From Nitrospinota bacterium (GTDB lineage Bacteria; Nitrospinota; Nitrospinia; Nitrospinales; VA-1): a DNA stretch of 57,981 nucleotides. Of this stretch, positions 28,186 to 38,212 are shown piece by piece (within the stretch, counting starts at the first letter, position 1; each line of letters begins with the position of its first letter). The position numbers were made by a program, and so were the translations under genes. Under the pieces are notes generated by a model. It saw nothing but the letters and a program-made list of their open reading frames with translations, did no database searches and was not told the origin of the DNA. The stretch is from the NCBI GenBank assembly GCA_038108555.1, contig JAYNIA010000008.1, positions 33,715 through 91,695 on the forward strand. The letters run 5' to 3'.

Positions 28186-28219
28186 GTGTTCTAAAGTGTC
28201 GCATAATGTAACTATATGT
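28186..28219 (+). promoter_or_regulatory. Putative MraZ operator: four RTGT repeats at 10-bp period
   Basis: GTGT at 28186 and 28196, ATGT at 28206 and 28216, between the promoter and the mraZ start. Confidence 0.55.
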
Positions 28220-28249
28220 CACTTTCCGATAAACCTGCAGGCAGACTCG

Positions 28250-28639
28250 ATGAGCAGTTTTTTAGGTACCTATAATATTAGTTTGGATGAGAAAGGTCGT
28301 TTTAATGTGCCCGCGAAGTTTCGCGGAACATTGGAACAATCCGGCCCCCAACTGGTGGTCTGTGCCATGGAACCCTTTCTGGTCGTCTTCCCTCAAAAAG
28401 AATGGGCCCTAAACGAAGAAAAACTTAGCTCTCTAAATGCCTTTGATATAGAAGACCGAACCCGGCTGCGCGAATTTTATTCCCGGGCAACGGATTGTGA
28501 AATGAAGTCAGGGAAAATTTTACTCCCCCTTAACTTGCGAGAAATAGCGGGGCTCAAGAAAGAAGCTGTACTCGTGGGAATGTCAAAAACTTTTGAAATC
28601 TGGTCTCCTGATAGATGGGACAAACAGGAAGGCGGATAA
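28250..28639 (+). CDS. mraZ: Division/cell wall transcriptional repressor MraZ
   Basis: FLGTYNISLDEKGRFNVPAKFR and VGMSKTFEIW; precedes rsmH. Confidence 0.93.
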   Translation: MSSFLGTYNISLDEKGRFNVPAKFRGTLEQSGPQLVVCAMEPFLVVFPQKEWALNEEKLSSLNAFDIEDRTRLREFYSRATDCEMKSGKILLPLNLREIAGLKKEAVLVGMSKTFEIWSPDRWDKQEGG

Positions 28640-28704
28640 AGGAAAGAGACTTCTGGATGTATAAGTTTAACTTGTAGAAGCTACCAGATCGTCTCAAGCA
28701 AATC

Positions 28705-29643
28705 ATGCCAACGTACCACGAATCGATAATGAAAAATGAAGTGCTTCATTATCTAAATATTCACATGGAGGGTGTAATCGTGGATGGCACATTAGGGGAT
28801 GGAGGACACACGGAATTCATCCTCAAAAACACAGGGCCAAAAATAAGAGTGCTCGGTATCGACCGTGACCCGTCTGCTATCGAGCGTGCCACAGAGAGAC
28901 TCCGGCCATTCAAAGACAGGGTTATTCTTGTACAGGGTTCAATGGAAAACCTTCGAACTCTTGCGCAAAAATCCGGTGTTGAAAAAATAAGCGGTTTGTT
29001 GTTTGACTTTGGTGTTTCCTCCCCCCAACTCGACACTCCTGAGCGCGGTTTCAGTATACGAAATGATGGGCCGCTCGATATGAGAATGGACAAATCGCAA
29101 ACAACAACTGCAGCAAACCTTCTGGAAAAACTAAAAGACGGAGAACTAATTTCTATTATTAAGGATTTCGGCGAAGAAAGATTCGCGAAAAAAATAGTGC
29201 GCGCGATTCGAAAGGAACAAGAGAAAAAACCAGTAACCAGAACCTCGCAGTTGGCGGAAATAATTTCTGGAGTGGTCAGGGCACCTAAGCATTCAAGAAT
29301 TCATCCGGCCACAAAAACTTTCCAGGCACTGCGCATCGCTGTCAACAACGAACTGGAGCAAATTAAAGTTGCCCTGAAGGATGCAATAAGCCTTCTCGAT
29401 TCTTCGGCTCGGATTGTAACAATCTCATTTCATTCGCTGGAAGATCGAATTGTAAAAACATTTTTTCGTCAGGAGGAAAAAGGTTGCGTTTGTCCACCAA
29501 AAACTCCCATTTGCATTTGTGGTCAACAGCAAACTTTAAAAATTATAACGCGACGTCCCCTCAGTCCTTCTGAAGAAGAAGTCGCAGCAAATCCAAGGTC
29601 CGTCAGCGCAAAACTAAGGGTTGCAGAAAGAGTTTATGCTTGA
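28705..29643 (+). CDS. rsmH: 16S rRNA m4C1402 methyltransferase
   Basis: DGTLGDGGH, GVSSPQLD, HPATKTFQALRI and SFHSLEDR. Confidence 0.97.
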   Translation: MPTYHESIMKNEVLHYLNIHMEGVIVDGTLGDGGHTEFILKNTGPKIRVLGIDRDPSAIERATERLRPFKDRVILVQGSMENLRTLAQKSGVEKISGLLFDFGVSSPQLDTPERGFSIRNDGPLDMRMDKSQTTTAANLLEKLKDGELISIIKDFGEERFAKKIVRAIRKEQEKKPVTRTSQLAEIISGVVRAPKHSRIHPATKTFQALRIAVNNELEQIKVALKDAISLLDSSARIVTISFHSLEDRIVKTFFRQEEKGCVCPPKTPICICGQQQTLKIITRRPLSPSEEEVAANPRSVSAKLRVAERVYA

Positions 29644-29953
29644 AAAACCGCGCCAATTAATTGAAGGAAAACTGCATATTTCCTCAAAAGGGTTCCGGAT
29701 GATTTTTCTGGTCTCTGTATTAATGATGCTGGCTGCATTGGCGTTAGTCTGGCCGAATGTAAGAAAAGTGAAACTGTCCTATGACTATCAAGCGCTGGAG
29801 GCTGAACGGGAAAAACTTTTAAGCGAAAACCATCTCCTGCGACTGGAAATGGAAAGTCTGCAGTCGCTCTATCGTATCCAGGAACTTGCTAAAAACGAAG
29901 TTGGGATGATCGAGCCGAAAAAAGAACAAATAACAACAATTTTTTTGAAATAG
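29636..29953 (+). CDS. ftsL: Cell division protein FtsL
   Basis: Single TM plus leucine zipper; lies between rsmH and ftsI. Confidence 0.85.
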   Translation: MLEKPRQLIEGKLHISSKGFRMIFLVSVLMMLAALALVWPNVRKVKLSYDYQALEAEREKLLSENHLLRLEMESLQSLYRIQELAKNEVGMIEPKKEQITTIFLK

Positions 29954-29957
29954 CACC

Positions 29958-31706
29958 ATGTCGAACAATAAAAAGCCTGCATCCGGTTCCTTTAGGAATG
30001 TTGTAAAAACCAGATTGATTCTGGTATCCGGCCTCCTGTTCCTGTTTGCTGTTTCATTGGTATTTCGGCTTGCAGACTTGCAAATCGTGCAACACGAAAC
30101 CCTCTTGGCTAAATCTGAGAAACAACCTCATCATGGCAATCTAAAAATCCATTTGGGTCGCGGGACTATTTTTGACCGAAACGGAAATGAATTGGCAACC
30201 AACCTAGAAGTTGAATCTGTATTTGTAGTTCCCCAGGAAGTTCGTGACAGGAAATACACTTCGCGGGTTCTGGCTACAACATTGAACCAGAGCTATGACC
30301 GTGTTTACAAAGAAGTATCTTCAGATAAAAAATTTGCATGGATCAAGAGGAAGGCTACTGCAGATGAAATAATCCATCTCAAAAAATCAGCCCTTTCGGG
30401 AGTCCGGTTCCGTTCGGAACAAAAACGGTTCTACCCAAAACGGGAGCTTGCCGCAAATGTCATCGGGTTTGTTGGCACTGATGACCTGGGTCTTGCTGGA
30501 ATAGAGCATACCTATCAGGAAAAACTGAAAGGAATCGTCTACACGCAACCCATTAAACAGGATGGGAAGGGCGGAAAAATTCAAAGTCTTGGAGGTTTTT
30601 CTAGATCGAATCTGGGAAATTACGATTTGATGCTCACATTGGACGAGGTCATTCAATTTACCGCTGAGTACCACTTAAAAAAACAGGTTGAAAAATATAA
30701 AGCCGATTCCGGAATGGCGGTCGTTATGGATCCCAACTCCGGTGAAATTTATGCAATGGCAAACGTGCCGCAATTCAACCCGAACAATTTTAATAAGTTC
30801 ACACCGGAAACTCGTAAAAACCATGCGGTTGTCAGCTCTTACGAACCCGGATCTATTTTTAAACCCATTGTAGCTGCAGCAGCTCTAGACAAAGGAATTG
30901 CAGAGCCTCATGAGAAATTCTTCTGCGAAAACGGAAGCTTTAAAATTGGCGGCAAAAACATTGGCGAAGCATCCAACCACCAGTTTGGCTCCCTCAGCAT
31001 GCGGGAGATCATTGCCAAGTCTAGCAATATAGGAGCCATAAAAATTGCTCAAAAACTTGGAAGAGATTCATTTTACGAGTACATACGAAAGTTCGGTTTT
31101 GGTGAAAAATCCGGTGTTCGTCTTCCCGGTGTTTCCCCTGGGCTTCTTGGGAAAAAACATAATTGGACAGAATTTTCCCTCGCTTCCATTTCCTTCGGGC
31201 ATGAAATAGCCGTGACCCCTCTTCAAATGGTAGCGGCCCTTAGCGCCATCGCAAACGGGGGAACCCTTCTGGAACCCCACATCACGAAAGCATTGATGCG
31301 GGATGGGAAAATTGTGAAAGAGATAAAGCCAAAAAAAATACGCCGTGTTATTTCAGAAAAAACCAGTCGCCAGATGATGGAAATTCTCAAGTATGTGGTG
31401 AAAGAGGGAACGGGAACCCGAGCCGCAATAGATGGCTTTGATGTCGCCGGAAAAACAGGGACTGCGCAAAAATATATTGCCGAGACCCGGTCCTATTCCA
31501 AAACAGAATTTATTTCATCATTTATTGGTTATGCGCCTGCCGATGCGCCACGACTGGTAATTCTGGTGATGATCGACAATCCAAAGGGATTGCATTGGGG
31601 CGGGGTGGTGGCGGCTCCTGTGTTTCGGGAGATCGCAAGAAAATCGTTGCGTTACTTAAATGTTCCTTCAAGCAAAGAACGTGTATTTATTCTTGACCGA
31701 GCCTAA
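29958..31706 (+). CDS. ftsI: Class B penicillin-binding protein FtsI
   Basis: RGTIFDRNG, RFYP, EPGSIFK (SxxK), SSN and GKTGT. Confidence 0.95.
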   Translation: MSNNKKPASGSFRNVVKTRLILVSGLLFLFAVSLVFRLADLQIVQHETLLAKSEKQPHHGNLKIHLGRGTIFDRNGNELATNLEVESVFVVPQEVRDRKYTSRVLATTLNQSYDRVYKEVSSDKKFAWIKRKATADEIIHLKKSALSGVRFRSEQKRFYPKRELAANVIGFVGTDDLGLAGIEHTYQEKLKGIVYTQPIKQDGKGGKIQSLGGFSRSNLGNYDLMLTLDEVIQFTAEYHLKKQVEKYKADSGMAVVMDPNSGEIYAMANVPQFNPNNFNKFTPETRKNHAVVSSYEPGSIFKPIVAAAALDKGIAEPHEKFFCENGSFKIGGKNIGEASNHQFGSLSMREIIAKSSNIGAIKIAQKLGRDSFYEYIRKFGFGEKSGVRLPGVSPGLLGKKHNWTEFSLASISFGHEIAVTPLQMVAALSAIANGGTLLEPHITKALMRDGKIVKEIKPKKIRRVISEKTSRQMMEILKYVVKEGTGTRAAIDGFDVAGKTGTAQKYIAETRSYSKTEFISSFIGYAPADAPRLVILVMIDNPKGLHWGGVVAAPVFREIARKSLRYLNVPSSKERVFILDRA

Positions 31707-31771
31707 TGAAACAAACTGTATCAACAAAATGGTTTCTATTTTCGGAAGATGAGTTTTCCAGAGAAAAGCAT

Positions 31772-33247
31772 ATGCCTGAGAAAAGCCTTGAAAATTTGAT
31801 GATGGGAATTGAAACAAAGGATTCCCGAGGGAGCCTAAACAAGGTTATCGAGGGTATTGCTTTCGACTCCAGAAAAGTGGTGCCGGGTGGACTTTTTGCA
31901 GCCATACCCGGGAAAAACCATAATGGGGAAACCTTTATAAAAGATGCATTGGAAAAAGGTGCTATCGCTTTAATTGCCCAATCTCCTCTGGGATCACTTT
32001 CCATTGATTACAATTCTGTTACCGGTTTTTGTGTTGAAGATTCCAGAAAGGCTTTATCCAGGGTTGGTTCAAATTTTTACAACCATCCTTCCAAGGAAAT
32101 CAACTTAACCGGCATCACCGGAACAAATGGAAAAACGACATTAACCTACATCCTGGAAGCATTATCAATTGCCAATGGAAAGAAAACTGGGGTCATCGGA
32201 ACCATAGATTGTCATTATTCGAAAACATCTATCCCGTCTGCCATGACAACACCGGAGTCTCTGGACCTCAATCGGATTTTGAGAGATATGGCAGATGGTG
32301 GGGTTTCAGATTGTTTCATAGAGGTGTCTTCTCATGCGCTGTCTCAAAAGCGGGTTTTTGATATGGACTTTGAAGTTGGAATTTTCACCAACTTGAGTCG
32401 GGACCATCTCGATTTCCATAGCGACATGGAGGAATACAAAAACGCAAAAGCCAAATTGTTCCGTGAAAATAACGTTAAGGCTCCCGTTATTAACATTGAC
32501 GATCCTGCTGGAAAAGAATTAGCTACAGAATTTAAAGACCGTGTCATTTCAACCGGGATAAATAATGCGGCTGATTATACTGCAGAAGATATAGTTCTTG
32601 AGGAATCTGGAAGCCGCTTCACCTTGAACTCTCCAGAAGGTTCCAAAAAGATACATACCAATCTTCTGGGTAAACATAACGTATACAACCTTCTTTCAGC
32701 AGCAGCTGGAGCATCGGCTTTAGGGGTCTCATCCGATATCATCGAAGAAGTCTTTCAAAAAATTCCGGTCATACCCGGCAGGTTCGAGTCGATTGACAAG
32801 GGCCAAAATTTTACAGTACTGGTCGATTACGCACATACAGATGATGCTCTTGCCAAATCGATCATTGCGGCCAAATCTTTTACAAAGGGAAAAGTAATTG
32901 TCGTCTTCGGCTGCGGAGGAGATCGGGACCGGGGAAAAAGAAAAGATATGGGGCAAGCAGCATTGAAGAATGCTGACTTTGCAATCATCACATCCGATAA
33001 CCCACGCACTGAAGATCCAGAGCAAATTATTAAGGACATTCAGAAAGGTATTCCTGCAAACGCGGACTACATAACCATCGTCAATCGAAGAGATGCGATT
33101 GAATATGGGATCAACAAGGCAGAAAAAAACGACCTTGTCTTGATTGCGGGAAAAGGTCATGAAGATTATCAGATCGTTGGAACGAAAAAGGAGCATTTCG
33201 ACGATCGGGAAGTTGCTGGAGAGTTTTTAGGGAAACGAGGGCATTGA
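31772..33247 (+). CDS. murE: UDP-MurNAc-tripeptide synthetase
   Basis: GITGTNGKTT, EVSSH, DYAHT and DNPR (mDAP-type). ORF is open from 31706. Confidence 0.95.
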   Translation: MPEKSLENLMMGIETKDSRGSLNKVIEGIAFDSRKVVPGGLFAAIPGKNHNGETFIKDALEKGAIALIAQSPLGSLSIDYNSVTGFCVEDSRKALSRVGSNFYNHPSKEINLTGITGTNGKTTLTYILEALSIANGKKTGVIGTIDCHYSKTSIPSAMTTPESLDLNRILRDMADGGVSDCFIEVSSHALSQKRVFDMDFEVGIFTNLSRDHLDFHSDMEEYKNAKAKLFRENNVKAPVINIDDPAGKELATEFKDRVISTGINNAADYTAEDIVLEESGSRFTLNSPEGSKKIHTNLLGKHNVYNLLSAAAGASALGVSSDIIEEVFQKIPVIPGRFESIDKGQNFTVLVDYAHTDDALAKSIIAAKSFTKGKVIVVFGCGGDRDRGKRKDMGQAALKNADFAIITSDNPRTEDPEQIIKDIQKGIPANADYITIVNRRDAIEYGINKAEKNDLVLIAGKGHEDYQIVGTKKEHFDDREVAGEFLGKRGH

Positions 33248-34635
33248 TAACAGGCACGGCAAAAGACTGCCTGGGAATAGTTGATGGAAAACTATTGCAA
33301 GGCAAAGAGAACACAGTCTTTCGCGGGGTTTCTATAAACTCTCGAACAATCAAAGAAGGGGAATTATTCGTGTGCATTAAAGGCGAAAATTTTGACGGAC
33401 ACGATTTTTACAAAGATGCCATCGATAAAGGTGCTGCAGGAATCATCTTGTCTGACACCAAAAGTTTTTCTGGGGAAAGTGCAGAAAGAAAAACGCCTCC
33501 ATTTGTGATTCAAACGAAGAACACATTGCAGTCATTGCAAGACCTGGCAAGTTATCAGAGATTTCTAAATCCTTTTCGGGTTGTCGGAGTAACTGGCACC
33601 AATGGGAAATCAACGACTAAAGAAATGATCGCATCCATAGTTGAAACAAAATACAAAACCCTGAAAACCCGGGGCAACTTCAACAACCATATCGGGCTTC
33701 CACTCACTTTACTTTCCAGAGAGCCGGAGCATGAAGTAGGAGTTCTGGAAATGGGCATGAGTGCTGCAGGGGAAATCAGACGGCTCGCAGAAATTGCGAG
33801 ACCTGACATTGGGGTTATCACAAACATTTCAGCGGGGCATTTGGATCAATTAAAAACAGTTAAAGACGTACAGGCCGCAAAGGGAGAACTGTTCGAGGCT
33901 CTCGATGAAAAAGGGACTGCGATCGTTAACGTCGATGATCCATTGGTATTGGAACTATCCGAATCATTGAGAGCGAAAAAAATCACTTACGGCATAGAGC
34001 AACCGGCAGATGTTCAGGCAAGTAGCATTAAGAATCGCGGAAGCAAAGGTTTTGCCTTTACTGCAAAGATATTCAATCAAACGATTCCTGTCGAGCTGCC
34101 TCAAATTGGATACTGCAACATATACAACGCGCTGGCTGCTTTAGCTACGGGCCATTCCTTGGATATTTCGGGAACAGATATGAAAAAGGGGCTGGAGAAC
34201 TACCATCAAATCCCCCAAAGAAATGAGCAGATAAGTTTTCAGGGGGTAACACTGATCAACGATGCGTACAACGCCAATCCCCAATCGATGAAAGCAGCTT
34301 TAAAAACATTATCCGAATTCAATACCGAGGGAAAACGGTTTTTTATTATCGGAGACATGCTTGAGCTGGGCCCTTTATCGGAATCAGCTCATCATGAGCT
34401 AGGGAAGGACATAGCTGCATCCAATGTGGATCATCTGATTACAGTGGGGCCACTAACTTCCATTACCGCAAAAAGTGCCAAAGAAAACGGTCAACAGCAA
34501 ATTGGCCAATTTGATACACACTCTGAAGCTGTCAGCTATCTATTGAATGAAGTAAAAAAGGGGGATTGTCTTCTTATAAAAGGGTCCAGAGGTTCGAAGA
34601 TGGAAACGGTTATTCAGGAATACTTAAAATCGTAA
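33244..34635 (+). CDS. murF: UDP-MurNAc-pentapeptide synthetase
   Basis: NFNNHIGLP, DAYNANP and KGSRG. Confidence 0.96.
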   Translation: MITGTAKDCLGIVDGKLLQGKENTVFRGVSINSRTIKEGELFVCIKGENFDGHDFYKDAIDKGAAGIILSDTKSFSGESAERKTPPFVIQTKNTLQSLQDLASYQRFLNPFRVVGVTGTNGKSTTKEMIASIVETKYKTLKTRGNFNNHIGLPLTLLSREPEHEVGVLEMGMSAAGEIRRLAEIARPDIGVITNISAGHLDQLKTVKDVQAAKGELFEALDEKGTAIVNVDDPLVLELSESLRAKKITYGIEQPADVQASSIKNRGSKGFAFTAKIFNQTIPVELPQIGYCNIYNALAALATGHSLDISGTDMKKGLENYHQIPQRNEQISFQGVTLINDAYNANPQSMKAALKTLSEFNTEGKRFFIIGDMLELGPLSESAHHELGKDIAASNVDHLITVGPLTSITAKSAKENGQQQIGQFDTHSEAVSYLLNEVKKGDCLLIKGSRGSKMETVIQEYLKS

Positions 34636-34654
34636 AGGACGAATCAATTAAGAA

Positions 34655-35740
34655 ATGTTTTACCACTTGTTTTATCCGCTGAGTTCTGAATATTCAATTT
34701 TTAATGTATTTAAATACATTACATTTCGCTCTGCATATTCTGGGGTTACGGCGTTGGCTCTCAGCTTGATACTGGGAAACATAATGATTCGAATGTTACA
34801 AAAATTTCAAATTGGAGAAAAGATCCGCGATGACGGGCCCGAGCATCATGCCTCCAAATCAGGAACTCCCACTATGGGCGGTCTCCTGATACTTGTGACC
34901 TTTCTGGTATCCACCCTTTTGTGGGCGAACCTTGAAAACCGTTACATCTGGTTGATCATTTTTGCTGCGGTTGGCTTTGGAGCTATTGGTTTCCGCGATG
35001 ACATTTTAAAACTCAGAAAAGGAAATGGCATTTCAGCTAAAGAAAAACTTTTGTTTCAATTATTAATCAGTTTGGGTATTGGCATTTACTTGCTGTATTT
35101 CGATCCTGCACGGTCGGAATACGCGACACGATTGTCTGTTCCATTTTTTAAGGAATTCCAGCCCGATCTGGGTTTCATTTATCTGTTATTTATAGTTTTT
35201 ATCATGGTAGGAACATCCAACGCAGTCAACCTGACGGATGGTTTGGACGGCCTCGCAATTGGCCCCATCATAATTGCAACGCTGACCTATACAGGGATTG
35301 TTTACATCTGCGGTCATGTGAAATTTGCCGAATATCTTCGCATTCAATACATAAAAGACGCAGGGGAGATCGCGGTTGCAAGTTCTGCTGTACTTGGCGC
35401 AAGTTTGGGTTTCCTTTGGTACAACTCTTATCCTGCGCAAGTATTTATGGGAGATGTAGGCTCCCTTTCCCTTGGGGGTTTATTGGGGACCATAGCGGTG
35501 ATTGCAAAGCATGAATTGCTATTAATTCTCATTGGCGGAATCTTTGTTATCGAAGCATTGTCTGTAATTATTCAAGTGGCTTACTTCAAGTACACGGGTG
35601 GAAAACGTTTTTTTAAAATGGCCCCTCTTCATCACCATTTTGAAGAACTGGGATGGCCTGAGCCTAAAGTGATTGTTCGGTTTTGGATTGTTGCGGTCAT
35701 CCTGGCAATGGTCAGCTTAAGCACATTGAAACTAAGATAA
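34655..35740 (+). CDS. mraY: Phospho-MurNAc-pentapeptide transferase
   Basis: KSGTPTMGG, NAVNLTDGLDGL, FMGDVGS and MAPLHHHFE. Confidence 0.98.
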   Translation: MFYHLFYPLSSEYSIFNVFKYITFRSAYSGVTALALSLILGNIMIRMLQKFQIGEKIRDDGPEHHASKSGTPTMGGLLILVTFLVSTLLWANLENRYIWLIIFAAVGFGAIGFRDDILKLRKGNGISAKEKLLFQLLISLGIGIYLLYFDPARSEYATRLSVPFFKEFQPDLGFIYLLFIVFIMVGTSNAVNLTDGLDGLAIGPIIIATLTYTGIVYICGHVKFAEYLRIQYIKDAGEIAVASSAVLGASLGFLWYNSYPAQVFMGDVGSLSLGGLLGTIAVIAKHELLLILIGGIFVIEALSVIIQVAYFKYTGGKRFFKMAPLHHHFEELGWPEPKVIVRFWIVAVILAMVSLSTLKLR

Positions 35741-35742
35741 GC

Positions 35743-37077
35743 ATGGATTTAAGAAATAAAATTTGCTCGGTGATTGGCCTGGGAAAAACAGGTGTTGCAA
35801 CTGCCAATTTTCTTTCAAGGAAAGGAGCTGCAGTTTCCATCATGGATAACAAATCTGAAGATCAGTTGGCTGAGTTGGCGAGCAAACTATTGCCTGGAAT
35901 AAATATCAGGTATCAAACCTGCGAACCGCATCCTGACTCTGATCTTATCGTCATCAGTCCCGGTGTGGATATTGAATCCGATTTTCTCAAAGATTCTCGG
36001 CAAAATGGAATCGAGATCATCAGCGAAATTGAACTTGCGAACAGATTTAATTCGACTCCTTTGATTGGAATAACAGGGACCAACGGGAAATCCACATGCA
36101 CCAGTTTGATCGGGGAAATTCTAAAAAGCGGTGGAAAGAAAGTTCAGGTTGGGGGAAATCTGGGCATTCCATTTATATCTCTTCTCAAAGAAGAAGCACC
36201 CGATTATCGCGTGCTGGAAATTTCCAGTTTCCAAATGGAAGCCACTGATAGTTTCCATCCTGAAATTGCCATTATTTTAAATATCACACCGGATCATTTA
36301 GACCGGCACGAGAGCTTTGAGCAGTATGCAGAGCTAAAGGAAAAAATTTACACCAATCAAACTAAAAATGATTTTCTTATTTTAAACCATGATGACCCTC
36401 GCACACGGGTGTCAGGGAAGAATTGCCCAGCTCAAAAAATATTCTTTAGTGTGGATCATGAATTGGAAATGGGTGTCTTTATAAATGAGGGAAAAATATT
36501 CGCTCGAATAAATCAGTTTGAAGGAGAAGTCATTTCACTTCATTCCCTCTCAAAAGGATTACGTTTTCAAACAGAAAATGTATTACCAGCGGTTGCAACA
36601 GCCCTTCTATTGAACATTCCTTTAGATGCAATTAACAAGGTTTTGGGAAATTTTGAAGGCTTGGAACATCGTCTGGAGTGGGTTTGCAATAAAGATGGTA
36701 TTGATTTCATCAACGATTCAAAGGGAACCAATATCGGCGCTGCTTGCAAATCTCTGAACACATTTGACCGCCCGATCATTCTTATTGCCGGAGGCAAAGA
36801 CAAAAATGCAGACTTTTCCAGTTTAAAAACTATTTTAAAGAAAAAAGTAAAGCACTTGATTTTAATTGGTGAAACGAAACCAAAATTTAGAAGCGTTCTT
36901 AACGGGTCATTTGGATATGAAGAATCTGACACTCTTGAAGACGCAGTTCACAAGGCCCGGGATAAGGCGGAAAAAGGAGATGTCGTTCTATTGTCTCCCG
37001 CCTGCGCCAGCTTTGACATGTTTAAAGATTATATTGACCGTGGTAACAAGTTTAAATCTATCGTCAACAACCTTTAG
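35743..37077 (+). CDS. murD: UDP-MurNAc-L-Ala--D-Glu ligase
   Basis: GLGKTG, EISSFQ, NDSKGTN and LSPACASFD. Confidence 0.96.
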   Translation: MDLRNKICSVIGLGKTGVATANFLSRKGAAVSIMDNKSEDQLAELASKLLPGINIRYQTCEPHPDSDLIVISPGVDIESDFLKDSRQNGIEIISEIELANRFNSTPLIGITGTNGKSTCTSLIGEILKSGGKKVQVGGNLGIPFISLLKEEAPDYRVLEISSFQMEATDSFHPEIAIILNITPDHLDRHESFEQYAELKEKIYTNQTKNDFLILNHDDPRTRVSGKNCPAQKIFFSVDHELEMGVFINEGKIFARINQFEGEVISLHSLSKGLRFQTENVLPAVATALLLNIPLDAINKVLGNFEGLEHRLEWVCNKDGIDFINDSKGTNIGAACKSLNTFDRPIILIAGGKDKNADFSSLKTILKKKVKHLILIGETKPKFRSVLNGSFGYEESDTLEDAVHKARDKAEKGDVVLLSPACASFDMFKDYIDRGNKFKSIVNNL

Positions 37078-37089
37078 GAATGGCAAACA

Positions 37090-38202
37090 TTGAACGAAAC
37101 CCGCCAAAAACATTCAGGTTGCGATTCAATACTATGCGTCACCGTAGCCATTTTGGTGCTTATAGGGATAGTTATGGTTTTCAGCTCCAGCGCGGCATAT
37201 ACCGTGAAAGAGCACAACGATTCTTACTACTTCCTGAAACGCCAGGTCTTATGGTGCCTTTTAGGGACGGGTCTGCTCTTGCTCACAAAAAATCTGGATT
37301 ACCACAAGCTTCACCAGCACACCTATCCAATAATGGCTTTTACGTTTCTGCTACTGATTGTCGTGATGTTTCCCGAATTCAGCAAAAAGGTAGGAGGTGC
37401 GCGCCGATGGCTGACGTTTGGAGGGCTTTCCTTCCAACCTTCGGAGCTGGCAAAGTTTACCCTGGTCCTGTTCATAGCCAAATCTCTTGTAAAGCGAGCA
37501 GACAAATTAAGAAATTTTGCCTACGGTTATTTACCCAATCTGATTGTACTGGGATTCTTTTTTATACCCATTTTGTTCCAGCCGGATTTTGGAACCGCCA
37601 TGATAATTTTTGCGGTCACATTTACGATGCTTTTTATCGCAGGACTAAGAAAAAAGTTTTTGTTTCTTTCAATCCTGGCAATTATTCCTTTTATAGCGTC
37701 GGCAATCTTAACAGCCGAATATCGAACCCGGAGAATCGTAGCATTCCTCAATCCCTGGGAAGATCCATCCGGAATAGGATTTCAGGCCGTTCAATCCTTT
37801 TACGCTTTTGGAAGAGGTGGGTTTTTGGGAACGGGTTTGGGAGAAAGCTCGCAAAAACTTTTCCGCCTTCCCGAGGCCCATACCGATTTTATATTTTCGG
37901 TCATCGGCGAAGAACTGGGATTCATTGGAACAACGGGAATCGTCCTTTTGTTTTCCATTTTCATATGGAGAGGGTTTTTGATCGCTTATCGCGCCAAAGA
38001 CCCATTTGGTACTCATTTAGCAACAGGACTGACTCTCTTAATCGGATTACAGGCCTTTATAAACCTTGGAGTCGCATCCGGCCTTCTTCCCACCAAAGGG
38101 CTGACTTTGCCTTTTATAAGCATGGGGGGATCGTCGATGCTGGTAACGATGCTTTCTGTAGGAGTCATTCTGAATATTTCAGAACAAGCAGCAAAACGTT
38201 GA
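37090..38202 (+). CDS. ftsW: SEDS peptidoglycan polymerase FtsW
   Basis: GARRW, FQPSELAK, QPDFGT, LPEAHTDFIF and SMGGSS. Confidence 0.96.
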   Translation: MNETRQKHSGCDSILCVTVAILVLIGIVMVFSSSAAYTVKEHNDSYYFLKRQVLWCLLGTGLLLLTKNLDYHKLHQHTYPIMAFTFLLLIVVMFPEFSKKVGGARRWLTFGGLSFQPSELAKFTLVLFIAKSLVKRADKLRNFAYGYLPNLIVLGFFFIPILFQPDFGTAMIIFAVTFTMLFIAGLRKKFLFLSILAIIPFIASAILTAEYRTRRIVAFLNPWEDPSGIGFQAVQSFYAFGRGGFLGTGLGESSQKLFRLPEAHTDFIFSVIGEELGFIGTTGIVLLFSIFIWRGFLIAYRAKDPFGTHLATGLTLLIGLQAFINLGVASGLLPTKGLTLPFISMGGSSMLVTMLSVGVILNISEQAAKR

Positions 38203-38212
38203 TGATGAATTA

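Noticed and set aside
27780..28250. RNase P RNA upstream of mraZ, and the short ORFs in this spacer
   Set aside because: No GAGGAAAGTCC signature; the ORFs overlap the two divergent promoters and look non-coding.
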